A stretch of 64,000 nt of DNA from Macrostomum lignano (taxonomy: Eukaryota): the NCBI GenBank assembly GCA_002269645.1, contig NIVC01000476.1, forward strand, positions 146,985 to 210,984. Reading direction: 5' to 3'. Below are positions 28,427 to 41,218 of this stretch, one piece after another (the first letter of the stretch is position 1; the number at the start of each line of letters is the position of its first letter). The position numbers were made by a program, and so were the translations under genes. The notes under the pieces are model-generated. The model was not told the origin of the DNA. It was given only the letters and a program-made list of their open reading frames with translations, and ran no database searches.

Positions 28427-29179
28427 ATGGCTTCCAATCAGCTGATTGAGACCGCATCGGGTGTCGAGCTCGGAGCAGATCCCACGGCAACCGGCCATCG
28501 AAGGCAACTTCCACCGGCACTGGCGACTGCCTCAGGTGTGCTGCTGCTGCTGCTGCTGCTGGCTGCTGGCTTCATCCTTGGACTGGCCTTCGCTGCTCAG
28601 AGGGGTGTCGAGAAGTCTGGTGCCGACAGTGGCCGCGGCGGCGGACGGCAGTTGCTGGCCGCTCAGCTGTCCACGGATTCGCAGCGCCCATCAGGTGTGC
28701 GATTTGCCGAGTTCGCCCTGGACACCGAGTCTTCCCCTGGCAACTGCGGCCCGAACTCACAGCAGCCCTGCTGGCAGGGCGGCAGCTACCTGACCTCGGG
28801 CGACTTGGGCCCGTTGCGCCAGCTCAGCGGCGACGGCTTCGCCCTGACGGAGGACCGGCGCAAAGTCCGCCTGTTGCAGGACGGCGTGTTCGCCATCGAC
28901 GCGCAGGTGCGGGTGAAGCTGGATGGCAGCCACCCGACGCTGAGGGGTCACCTGGAGGTCAACGGGTTGCCAAGCAAACTGTTCTGCGGGGAGCGAACCC
29001 CGGCCGCCCTGGCCACCAGCCAAGAGAAGTCTGCAAGGCGCACCGTCACCTGCCGGCTGAACGGGTTTGCAAAATTTCAAGCCGGAGACCAGCTGGCCGT
29101 GAGGCTGGAGCTGTTCAAAGTCCAGCCCGTGCTCAGCCAAACCGGCAGCAGCTTCATCAGGCTGGTGAAGCTGGGCTGA
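28427..29179 (+). CDS. TNF-superfamily-like ligand 2 (type II membrane, intronless, 250 aa)
   Basis: TM VLLLLLLLAAGFILGLAFAA; C-terminal jelly-roll motifs FAEFAL, VRLLQDGVFAIDAQVRV, LFC...VTCRLNGFAKFQAGDQLAVRL, SSFIRLVKLG-stop. Confidence 0.85.
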   Translation: MASNQLIETASGVELGADPTATGHRRQLPPALATASGVLLLLLLLAAGFILGLAFAAQRGVEKSGADSGRGGGRQLLAAQLSTDSQRPSGVRFAEFALDTESSPGNCGPNSQQPCWQGGSYLTSGDLGPLRQLSGDGFALTEDRRKVRLLQDGVFAIDAQVRVKLDGSHPTLRGHLEVNGLPSKLFCGERTPAALATSQEKSARRTVTCRLNGFAKFQAGDQLAVRLELFKVQPVLSQTGSSFIRLVKLG

Positions 29180-29484
29180 AGACACACATTAACCTAAGTT
29201 GATCAATTAGAATATTAAATACAAATTTGGGCAGCCTCAGGATTTTTTTAGCTATTTACTTGAACAAAATGTTAAATTTGCGCCAAATTTTGTTTAAATG
29301 CCAAGCTATTTTGTTGTGTGTAATTTTGTTGTAAAATTTAATTCATTGAAGCTTGTGTTATTGACAATTGAGATATTTGAATAAACGATTTCATTCATGC
29401 TATTGACAAACCTTGCTGGGATGCCTCAGTTACCAATTGACAGCGCTTGACAGTGAGTTGCTCATTCAGTCATGCATTATCGGA

Positions 29485-30019
29485 CAGGGGCATCGCCACC
29501 GGTACGGGGACAGGGGGGCATGTCCCCCCCCCAGCAAAAGATATGGGGGGGGCATAGTTTCTGCGGCGCTAAAATGAGTGCCTGCGGCGCCAAAATGAGT
29601 GAGTGCCTGCTGCGCTCAAATGAGTGTCTGCGGCGTCAAAATGAGTGTCTGCGGCGCCAAAATGAGTGGATGACTGCGGCGCCAAAATGAGTGCCTGAGG
29701 CACCAAAATGAGTGTTTGCGGCGCCAAAATGGGTGGATGACTGCGGCGCCAAAATGAGTGCCTGCGGCGCCAAAATGAGTGCCTACGGCGCTAGAATGAG
29801 TGCCTGCGGCGCCAAAATGAGTGGATGACTGCGGCGCCAAAATGAGTGTCTGCGGCGCTAAAATGAGTGTCTGAGGCGCCAAAATAGTACCTGAGGCGCT
29901 AAAATAAGTGACTGCGGCGCCAAAATGAGCGCTGACAACACCGATTCTGAAAGTAATGTACATGTACATGTAGAATTCTTGGCTTTGTCCCCCTTCCATA
30001 AAATCTATAGACGCCCCTG
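29485..30019. mobile_element. Non-autonomous TIR element (MITE-like) with an internal ~21-bp tandem array
   Basis: Left end CAGGGGCATC, right end GACGCCCCTG (reverse complement CAGGGGCGTC); internal gcggcgccaaaatgagtgcct repeats; no clean TSD. Confidence 0.65.
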
Positions 30020-30369
30020 GTCTCGTATCCGGTTCCTGTGTCTCTAAAATTGCTCCTTAAAAGTGCAACGCGCTAACAGACACTTGCTGCAAGCATCCCC
30101 CTTTGCTGCACTGCGCCAAGCGCTACTCTCACGTTAGTGAAATGACGAAAAAACTATACACTTTTCTCTTACCTTTCTATGCAACGATGAGTAATGTTCA
30201 GTCCGTGGGAAACCCGCGTGTCTCTAGTCAGGAGCTAAAAATAGCACTAGATCTACTCTGGAATAGAAATTTGGAAGTATCACACAAAGCAAAATTAAAA
30301 CTTCATAGTTTGCTTTTGTTGATTGCTTTTCTCGGGGTCTGTCAGCGACTCGGAGTCTCTTGGGTGCAC

Positions 30370-31838
30370 ACACTGAGACACACATTGAGACACACATTAA
30401 GACACACATTAAGACACACACTGAGACACACACTGAGGCACACATTAAGACACACACTGAGACACACACCGAGACACACTGAGACACACACTGAGACACA
30501 CACCGAGACACACTGAGACACACACTGAGACACACACTGAGACACACACTGAGACACACTGAGACACACACTGAGACACAAACTGAGACACACACTGAGG
30601 CACACATTAAGACACACATTAAGACACACACTGAGACACAAACTGAGACACACACTGAGGCACACATTAAGACTCACGTTAAGACACACACTGAGACACA
30701 CACTGAGACACACACCGAGACACACTGAGACACACACTGAGACACACACTGAGACACACTGAGACACACACTGAGACACAAACTGAGACACACATTAAGA
30801 CACACATTAAGACACACACTGAGACACACACTGAGACACACATTAAGACACACACTGAGGCACACATCAAGACACACATTAAGACACACACTGAGACACA
30901 CATTAAGACACACACTGAGGCACACATTAAGACACACATTAAGACACACACTGAGACACACATTAAGACACACACTGAGACACACATTAAGACACACATT
31001 AAGACACACACTGAGACACACATTAAGACACACATTAAGACACACACTGAGACACACACTGAGACACACATTAAGACACACATTAAGACACACACTGAGA
31101 CACACACTGAGACACACATTAAGACACACATTAAGACACACACTGAGACACACACTGAGGCACACATTAAGACACACATTAAGACACACATTAAGACACA
31201 CATTAAGACACACATTAAGACACACATTAAGACACACATTAAGACACACATTAAGACACACATTAAGACACACACTGAGACACACACTGAGACACACATT
31301 AAGACACACACTGAGGCACACATTAAGACACACATTAAGACACACACTGAGACACACATTAAGACACACACTGAGGCACACATTAAGACACACATTAAGA
31401 CACACACTGAGACACACATTAAGACACACACTGAGACACACATTAAGACACACATTAAGACACACACTGAGACACACATTAAGACACACATTAAGACACA
31501 CACTGAGACACACACTGAGACACACATTAAGACACACATTAAGACACACACTGAGACACACACTGAGACACACATTAAGACACACATTAAGACACACACT
31601 GAGACACACACTGAGGCACACATTAAGACACACATTAAGACACACATTAAGACACACATTAAGACACACATTAAGACACACATTAAGACACACATTAAGA
31701 CACACATTAAGACACACATTAAGACACACATTAAGACACGCATTAAGACACGCATTAAGACACACATTAAGACACGCATTAAGACACACATTAAGACACA
31801 AACTGAGACACACACTGAGACACAAATTGAGACACACA
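30370..31838. repeat. 12-bp minisatellite (ttaagacacaca/ctgagacacaca)
   Basis: Seen directly; internal blocks are themselves duplicated. Confidence 0.97.
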
Positions 31839-32004
31839 CAACAAGAGCCGAATTGGGCACCCCTGGAATAACCGCGAGCTGCCCCGAGCAGACCTAAAAT
31901 TAGAAGCGGTAGCTACCAAAATATGCCTGCCCTACTCGCCCAGCTGTGCGTCATAACAAGGAACAGTGTGTTTTTGGCCTGCCCGTGGGAACTTCTGGCT
32001 TGGC

Positions 32005-32011
32005 TATAAAT
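32005..32011 (+). promoter_or_regulatory. TATA box of TNF-like 3
   Basis: TATAAAT 68 bp upstream of ATG 32073. Confidence 0.65.
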
Positions 32012-32072
32012 ACGGGTAGTGGAGCAAGCCAGGTATTCATTCAATTGTTTCAATACGAGCAACAGGTGAATA

Positions 32073-32867
32073 ATGTATCAGCTGAGAACTCTGGCACCGC
32101 AACAGTCTGTGGACAATGAGGTCTACAGCAGCTCGGACGGTGCCGTGGACAAGTGCCTGGACAACCAGGTGTACACTGACCTGACTATTAACAATGGGCC
32201 CGAGCCGTCTGAGCAAGCGTCAGACAAGCCATGGTCCAGCCGAGTACAGAAGGGATGCAAGAAGCATTTTTGCCTTCTATTGAAGGTCATTCTGGCCGCT
32301 GGTTTTCCCATCCTAATTGTACTAACCGTCATTAACATGATGAAGATTCGCGAGCTGAGCCAGCAACCACTGAAAGTTCGACCAACAGCCCAGCTAGCCA
32401 AGTTCGTGCTTGACCTGAGCAAAACCGCCAGTTGCCATGGCAACGGGCCTGACAGCCGCAGGCAGCCCTGCTGGACTGGCAGACGGCTGATGACCTTCGG
32501 CAGTCTGGGGCCGCTCAGGCAGATCGGGGAGCCCACCGAGGACCTGGCGCTGACCAACAATGGCAAGGAGATTCTCGTTCGTCGAGACGGAGTTTACGCC
32601 GTGAACGCGCGGGCCCGGGTTCGATTCCGCACTGGCTACCTCCAGCTGTCTGGCGGCCTGGCTGTCAATGGCTCGCTGAGCAATGTCATCTGCGAGGACA
32701 AGAGCTGGTCTGTCCCAGCCAAGTCAGTTGTTCTCCTCTGCCAGGTGAACAGCTTCGTCAGACTGAAGGCCGGAGATCGGCTCTCCCTGCTGCTGCTGCT
32801 GCTCAGCGGCCAGGAGCTGCAGGTCACCGAGTCCAGCACCTTCATTAAAGTAGTTGCTATGGCTTGA
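32073..32867 (+). CDS. TNF-superfamily-like ligand 3 (type II membrane, intronless, 264 aa)
   Basis: TM LLLKVILAAGFPILIVLTVI; LAKFVLDL, ILVRRDGVYAVNA, VIC...LLCQVNSFVRLKAGDRLSL, STFIKVVAMA; paralogous to ligand 2 (QPCWTG/QPCWQG, LGPLRQ). Confidence 0.85.
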   Translation: MYQLRTLAPQQSVDNEVYSSSDGAVDKCLDNQVYTDLTINNGPEPSEQASDKPWSSRVQKGCKKHFCLLLKVILAAGFPILIVLTVINMMKIRELSQQPLKVRPTAQLAKFVLDLSKTASCHGNGPDSRRQPCWTGRRLMTFGSLGPLRQIGEPTEDLALTNNGKEILVRRDGVYAVNARARVRFRTGYLQLSGGLAVNGSLSNVICEDKSWSVPAKSVVLLCQVNSFVRLKAGDRLSLLLLLLSGQELQVTESSTFIKVVAMA

Positions 32868-33119
32868 CTGGGAAACCATTTGTTGATGGCTTCCATCCCA
32901 TCTATGATTCGGTTGCTAATAGATTATATAGCTCATCTGTTTTATACTTTCCGATTTCTAACCAATTTTATCAACCTTATTTTTTAACTGCATGTCTTTA
33001 ATAATTTTCATATAACGAAATACAAGTCGCGAATGCTGCTATTTTTTCAGCAATACAACCTGCTGGCTTAAGCTCATATTGTTCGCAATTGAAATTTGTA
33101 ACGGTAAATATGAAGAATG

Positions 33120-34145
33120 GGACAGGAGAGACAGGTGGATAGGAGATGAGAGACAGGTAGATAAGAGAGCAGAGAAAGGTAGATGGGAGAGCAGAGACAG
33201 GTAGATAAGAGAGCAGAGAAAGGTAGATGGGAGAGCAGAGACAGGTAGATGGGAGAGCAGAGACAGGTACATGGGAGAGGAAAGACAGGTAGATGGGACA
33301 GGAGGGACAGGTAGATGGGAGAGAAGAGACAGGTAGATGGGAGAGGAGAGACAGGTAGATGGGACAGGAGGGACAGGTAGATAGGAGAGGAGAGACAGGT
33401 AGATAGGAGAGGAGAGACAGGTAGATAGGAGATGAGAGACAGGTAGATAAGAGAGCAGAGAAAGGTAGATGGGAGAGCAGAGACAGGTAGATGGGAGAGC
33501 AGAGACAGGTAGATGGGATAGGAGAGACAGGTAGATGGGAGAGGAGAGACAGGTAGATAGGAGAGGAGAGACAGGTAGATGGGAGAGGAGAGACAGGTAG
33601 ATAGGAGAGCAGAGACAGGTAGATAAGAGAGCAGAGAAAGGTAGATGGGAGAGCAGAGACAGGTAGATAGGAGAGCAGAGACAGGTAGATGAGAGAGCAG
33701 AGACAGGTAGATGAGAGAGCAGAGACAGGTAGATGGGAGAGGAGAGACAGGTAGATGGGACAGGAGGGACAGGTAGATAGGAGAGGAGAGACAGGTAGAT
33801 AGGAGAGCAGAGACAGGTAGATAGGAGAGCAGAGACTAGATAAGAGAGCAGAGACAGGTAGATGAGAGAGCAGAGACAGGTAGATGAGAGAGCAGAGACA
33901 GGTAGATGAGAGAGCAGAGACAGGTAGATGAGAGAGCAGAGACAGGTAGATGAGAGAGCAGAGACAGGTAGATGAGAGAGCAGAGACAGGTAGATGGGAG
34001 AGGAGAGACAGGTAGATGGGACAGGAGGGACAGGTAGATAGGAGAGGAGAGACTAGATAAGAGAGCAGAGACAGGTAGATAGGAGAGCAGAGACAGGTAG
34101 ATGAGAGAGCAGAGACAGGTAGATGGGAGAGGAGAGACAGATAGA
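33120..34145. repeat. Purine-rich ~21-bp degenerate minisatellite (gagacaggtagatgggagagca)
   Basis: Seen directly. Confidence 0.93.
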
Positions 34146-34624
34146 TAGCAGACAGATTCAGAGATTCAGAGTTGAAGATCAAAGAAAACCCAATATGAAG
34201 GGCACCCGGCACAAGCACTGAAGATCGGGTCATTTGGCAGGTCCGCGTAATTCCTGCGTGATAAAATCTCTTTAGATAAGAAGTACTTGTCGCGGTTTGC
34301 CCGCGGAATTTTTTATTGCAGTCCAATATTGTAATGGCGATTACAGAATATACATGTAGAAGTTCTTTACCCTGACGACCTCGTTTTTAGATTCTAATCT
34401 TGTGCACACTGTCCTGGCGTACGGCAGATCGCACAACGAATTTAAACAGAATGATGTACGCTCGTCTATCTGGGGAGCGGAGTAAATATGAGCACATTTT
34501 TAGTGCGTTGTCTGAGATTTTCACCCACGTAAATTCATTCATGCCCAGCGAATACTTCTTCTATGAAAGGAAAGATGAAGCAAATAGTGAAGTTCTCTTT
34601 TATATTCTCAATATGGAGGAATAC

Positions 34625-35985
<1,361 letters not shown>

Positions 35986-36272
35986 TATATATAGATAAAT
36001 TGATTGACTGACGGCTTCAGCTAAACTAGTCAGGAAAACGCAACACTTTCAGGTCTGCAAGCCTATTTTAAGCAGTCAGACATTCACTGGATTATTATTT
36101 CAGTTAAAAATAATTTTAAAGAATAAAAAACAACTGCATTTTTATGTTTTTTCGGCTCAAGTTTTTTTAGCAAATCGCTTATTTAGAATTTTAGGCTAAG
36201 GCGAATTTCTGACTTGTTGCTAATTTTATAACCCAGGGCGAGGCTGGCGCAACCGGATGTGCGACGATGAAT

Positions 36273-36279
36273 TATAAAT
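36273..36279 (+). promoter_or_regulatory. TATA box of TNF-like 4
   Basis: TATAAAT 116 bp upstream of ATG 36389. Confidence 0.55.
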
Positions 36280-36388
36280 AACAGCCGCGAAATGGTTTCA
36301 ACTGTGACATGAATATCCGTTTTTTAGTATTCTCTACTACTAAAGAAAAATAGTTCAGCTAGAAAATTTGATTGATCAAACAGTCAAA

Positions 36389-37841
36389 ATGCCCAGCATT
36401 CTGCTCGACACAATCAGGAGCGTTCTGGTGATGACTGCGGTCCTCAGTCTGGTGGCTGCGGCTCCGGCTGCATCGAAAATGGTGACCAGCCTCTTTGCTT
36501 TCTTACATAGGAAATTTGGAATTCAGGCACTTTAAGCAACATTGTCACACATTGCCCCTGACTTATTTATCGTTAGGCCTGGGTTGGCCCCCTAGGGCGT
36601 TAATTGCACGAGCAGAGCCAAGCCGAGATTCCAATTCAGCCCCAAATTAATGTGACATCAAACCACTGGGCTGCGGCCCTCGGAGATTTGGGGGATGCCT
36701 TTGCTGTGTCAGATTTCAACAAATATAGTAAGAAAGTCATTTTATCCGCTTCTTCCGCAGGTTTCGCTCGAACTAAACTACGCCAGCCTGCCTTCGTGCT
36801 CGGAGACCCGAATGGAAGTCTTTGCGAGCCGAACTGCACTCAGAGAAACCACCCCTGCCCTTCATCATCGGCAGAGGTTAGCGACCAATTGACGTCTCTT
36901 TTGCCACTCTGATCCCTTATCAATTTTGGACCTGGGTAGTGGGCTAGTAGAAAGTGGGCTTTTTGGAATTGAGGTACATGCTTGCTACTAGGGGGTTGTA
37001 GCCTAGTGGTCAGAGCGTCGGTTTCACGACTTGAAGGTCGGGGGTTCGATTCCCGATCCCACTGGAACAATTTGTGTCATTGAGCAAGACACTTAACTCT
37101 GCATTGCTTCAGTTCACCCAGGTGTAAAATGGGTGCCAGCATTAGCTGGGGTAATTCAAGGTGTGTGTGGCGACCCCCCCCCCCAGTTCTTGGACTGAAC
37201 AGCCGTACGCAGCCTTCAGAAGCGCCGCGCAATAGCTGCGGTTGAGCTGTCGGTTGCACATCTAGTCCAATTGGGGCAGGTGTAATCAATAATTATTATT
37301 ATCAATATTATTATTACTATTATTAGTAAGCTGCAGCATGTCCTTCTCATTGTTTGAAAACTTTGAAAAATCCATTTAGCACAGACAAACTAACAGAATC
37401 AATGATTCTTCAATTGCAGAGACAGAATGGAATCCGAGCACTCGTATTGTCGTGGGCCCCTGGGCGCCGACGCCAACCTCTGTTAAGAAATGGCCAGGCG
37501 ACACATTCGAGCTGGCCGACAACAGCTCGGCGCTGAAGGTGCTGCAGTCCGGGCTCTATCACGTGACCGCCCAGCTGCTGGTGCGGCTGCCGGGCAAGTT
37601 CGCCGCCAGGACAATGGAATGCGCCCTGAGAGTCCAAGACAAGGTGGTCACCGCTGGCAGAGTGCTGAGCGCGGAGCACCCGCTCACCTGTCTGACGGTG
37701 GGCGTGCTGCGACTCACGGCAGGGGAGCAGATCCAGGTGGCCCTGCTCCGTCTGGACAGCGTCCAGTACAGCGACGACTTCCAGATCTACGTGTACCGCA
37801 AACGACTCAACTTCTTCCAGGTGACCCGAATCGGGCCTTGA
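36389..37841 (+). CDS. TNF-superfamily-like ligand 4 with a predicted signal peptide; exons 36389-36481, 36761-36876 (two apparent -1 frameshifts), 37420-37841
   Basis: Exon 1 MPSILLDTIRSVLVMTAVLSLVAAAPAASKM. Exon 2 across frames reads VSLELNYASLPSC...NGSLC...IIGR, homologous to exon 2 of ligand 5. Last exon VGPW...LKVLQSGLYHVTAQL...ECALRV...PLTC...GVLRLTAGEQIQV...NFFQVTRIG. Confidence 0.75.
36991..37325 (+). mobile_element. tRNA-derived SINE with a conserved central domain and (ATT)n tail, in intron 2 of TNF-like 4
   Basis: Pol III A box TAGCCTAGTGG and B box GGTTCGATTCC, followed by GTGTCATTGAGCAAGACACTTAAC...CACCCAGGTGTAAAATGGG (resembles Meta/CORE/V-type SINE cores) and an ATT-repeat tail. 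Confidence 0.75.
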
Positions 37842-38204
37842 CAAAAAAGCCGAATTAACTAATCACTCACGCCGGATGCCTTGTTGCAATTCTTAGAGAT
37901 TATCCAAGCATAATACGTTGCTAGAAATCCTCATGATGTTTCTACATGCAGAATACATATTTGTTTCAAATAGCCCGCAAATTTGTTTTATTTAAATTGG
38001 CCCCAAAAATATAACAAAACTTTATGTGAGATAACGATACAGAATATTTTACTACAGTCAAATCTCTCTGCTTCATGCATGCTACTCGAGGATTGCCCGA
38101 GAGCACCGACGAACGCACATTGCTGAGCGTACAAGAATTGCATTGGCAAGAGGGTTGCACAAGTTGGTTATTTTTATCATTCTTATTGCTGATCTTGCAC
38201 ACTC

Positions 38205-38720
38205 ACGCGTACAGAATTGAATGATTCCTGCACGGTCACGAGTGCGGGAATGACATCTGCACGAGTGCGCGCTAGCGCACGATTTCACGATGTCCTTCAC
38301 GCACGAGTGAACGTGAAGGAATCCCATTGTCGGATGATTCATCGTGCAGGAATGCACAAAACCGTGCAGGAATGCATTTCTGCGCCTAATGCTTTTTCAG
38401 TGAGATTTTACCATAGACATCCATTCCTGCACGCAAAAGAGTGCAAGAATGCCATTCTTGCATGGAAAATCAGCCGACGATGATTTTGTCTATGGCAAAA
38501 TCATCTTTAAGTCTAATGCATCATAGGTGCAGGATTGAAATGTATTTTCAGAAATTGAAAAGACAACAAAAAATAAAGTGAAGGATTGATTTTTTCTTGT
38601 TTGATTCTATGTGCAGAAATGCATTTAAGCGTGCGGAAATGCTTTTGTCTATGGTAAATCTTCATTTAAAATGTTAATGCTTACAGTGCAGGAATGCATT
38701 TTCATTCCTGCACGGTAATA
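38205..38720. mobile_element. Palindromic/foldback repetitive element, with a second partial copy at ~39360-39600
   Basis: accgtgcaggaatg (38361) vs cattcctgcacggt (~38703) and ttaccatagac vs gtctatggtaa are inverted; ~120 bp at 38370-38480 recurs almost identically at 39415-39530. Confidence 0.55.
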
Positions 38721-41218
38721 GACTGAATTGTATTTCAATAAGAACAAACAAGTGACAAAAAATGAGAAATATTGACAAAAAATGAGTAACAACATTAACG
38801 TATTAAAGCAATGGAACACTCAAACAGACATAGTTTCCTTTCCAAGAACAATAGCTCGTAGATCAATTTCAATCCTTATCTACTCGAAAACGAACTGCAC
38901 CACGTTGGAATCCCCATCAGCGATGATCCTCATCTTCTTTGTTGACGCCGACGTAGTCGGCTCACTTGTTCACAGCACTTCAGACTGGGCCGCACTCCGA
39001 ATGCCGACCGATGAAGTCTCAGAGCCAGTTCCGTCAAGAGCAATAGTCAATTGTCCACTCATGCCCGCCATTATAGTGTCTCTTCGTTTTCGTTCACTTC
39101 GATAGAAATTTTCACATAAACGTAAGAATAATTCTATCAGATACAATGTACAAGCTTTGCTACGTTGTGTACACACAGTGTAACGGTTTTCAGCTTACCT
39201 TGTGCCCCGTCACTTACACAGACACGTAGCGCAGGTCTATCAATGGACCAACCAAATTTTTGTCACTCAGAGTGGCCATGTTTGATTTCAATTTTCTAAA
39301 TAACAAACACTATTATCACTACGTAACTAACTCCAGCCATTCTTCTTCTTTTTTTATTCGGCGTGCAGGATTGAATGATTCCCGTGAAGGAATCCCATTG
39401 TCGAATGATTCATCGTGCAGGAATGCATTTCTGCGCCTAATGCTTTTTCAGTGAGATTTTACCATAGACATCCATTCCTGCACGCAAAAGAGTGCAAGAA
39501 TGCCATTCTTGCATGGAAAATCAGCCGACAATGCTTTCGTCTGTGGTAAAAATCCTCGTGAATTCTGTTGAAACAGTTTTTGTCTATGGTAAATGTTTTT
39601 TTTTCATGTGGGACCCCCCCCAGCAAGGGGACTGCGTCCCCTTACCCCGCTTCCCGCTGCACCTCCCTTCCACTCTAATTGATCCAACAAGAATATATTC
39701 CAGCACGAAAACGAGTGCGACTGTGGCAAAGGCACGAGTGTTAAGCCGATTCTGAGCGCATTAAACGCCAATCGAGTGATTAAATGAGGGGTTCAATAGC
39801 ATTGCAGTAGCATTGCATTCATGATATATATTTCTCGTGAATTAAGTGACTCTAGAAATACGCGATCACGAGATGCAGATGCAGAGTGGAGGCGGAGGAG
39901 ACCACCCATTCCGCTAGCCTCTGGTGACCAATAACGAAGTGATGTCGCTCAGGAGAACCCGGCGGCTCGCGGTCCTCCTCACCGGCGTTGGGGAAGAACT
40001 CAGCTCTCCCCTCGTCCCTGAGGTACCGGTGTTAGGCTTTGCAATCTCCGTGCGTTTGCAGTCTCCGGCCAGAGATTGCAAGATAAATGTGACTCTGCCT
40101 TGCGCTCTCCAGTCCCGGGCAACGCAGCTTGGGATATCCGGACCGGATACATTAAGATGCTTGAAAAATATCCAGGGGAGATCAGAAAGTACTTATACTA
40201 TCTGGGCGGATGACACAAGACACGGATATCCCGAAAGTATAGCACCGGAGAGGGCCATGCTGACTGCTCTAAGATCCCTGCGGTTGGGCTCTGCGCAGGA
40301 GGCGGGAGGGGCAGGGGATGGCAGCACGGGATTGCCTGCGGAGATGCTGGGAGTCAGCCCAGCGCTTGACGCGGGAGTTGATCACCAAGACGGGAGCGGA
40401 GCCCAGAACGGAGCCCAACGGGAAATGAGACTAAGAGTTTTCAAGCACTGATCTGTCTTTGCCTTCGGTTTCACTCTCTACAAAGTTTATGAAATTTTAA
40501 AATTTGTACGTCTGCTTGGTGACTGCGAAAGCATTAAGGCACTCTTCAAGCGAGCAAGACACTGAGTTGGAACTGTCAATAGATAATCAATAACGAAGTG
40601 TAATAAAAATGTAAAATCAAAGCGAGATTTACTGAAACCGAGCAATAAATAATAATTTTTCTCGAGGGTTTTGTACGTACTTTTGAGGGTCAATTTCGAA
40701 AACAGCTGGTGTTTTTAGTCCTGTCTCATTATTTAACAATCATTTCTATAAACTTCTTTCCGTTTCAAGTGCATTCGTGAAAATGGTCACCTGTTGCAGA
40801 ACTTCGTTGCAGAACTATGATACAAAAATGAGTATCGTAAATAGATCAATGATGTAATCTTTATGATACCTGAAGAGCCTCAAAACGGCAATGACTGGTG
40901 TGACGTAAAACTTCAATCGCGAATGACGTTCCCCATCACGCTAACGTTCCACTTTCAAAAGCGGTAATTTCAGCAAGTGTGCATCGGAAGACTTGCTCCA
41001 TTGTCTGTGCTGTACTCAACTCTCGCTCTCGCAGGGGAATTCCGTGGCAACCTTAGCACGAAAAAAATACTTTCGATGCTTACGTTTTTATTACCTCGTT
41101 GTAGAATTTTATAAGAAATTCGAGGCAAGCTGTAAATTTGCTCAGACATCTCAAGTCATCTTCTGATCTCTCGCCATCTTGCAAGAAACACAGCAAACAG
41201 CGCCACCAAAGCTGCAGA

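Noticed and set aside
36991-37065. tRNA gene
   Set aside because: A and B boxes are present, but the cloverleaf is poor and the sequence runs into a SINE core and ATT tail.
39924-40451. 175-aa ORF
   Set aside because: GTG start, no codon bias or motif recognised, and no splice partners; may be a repeat remnant.
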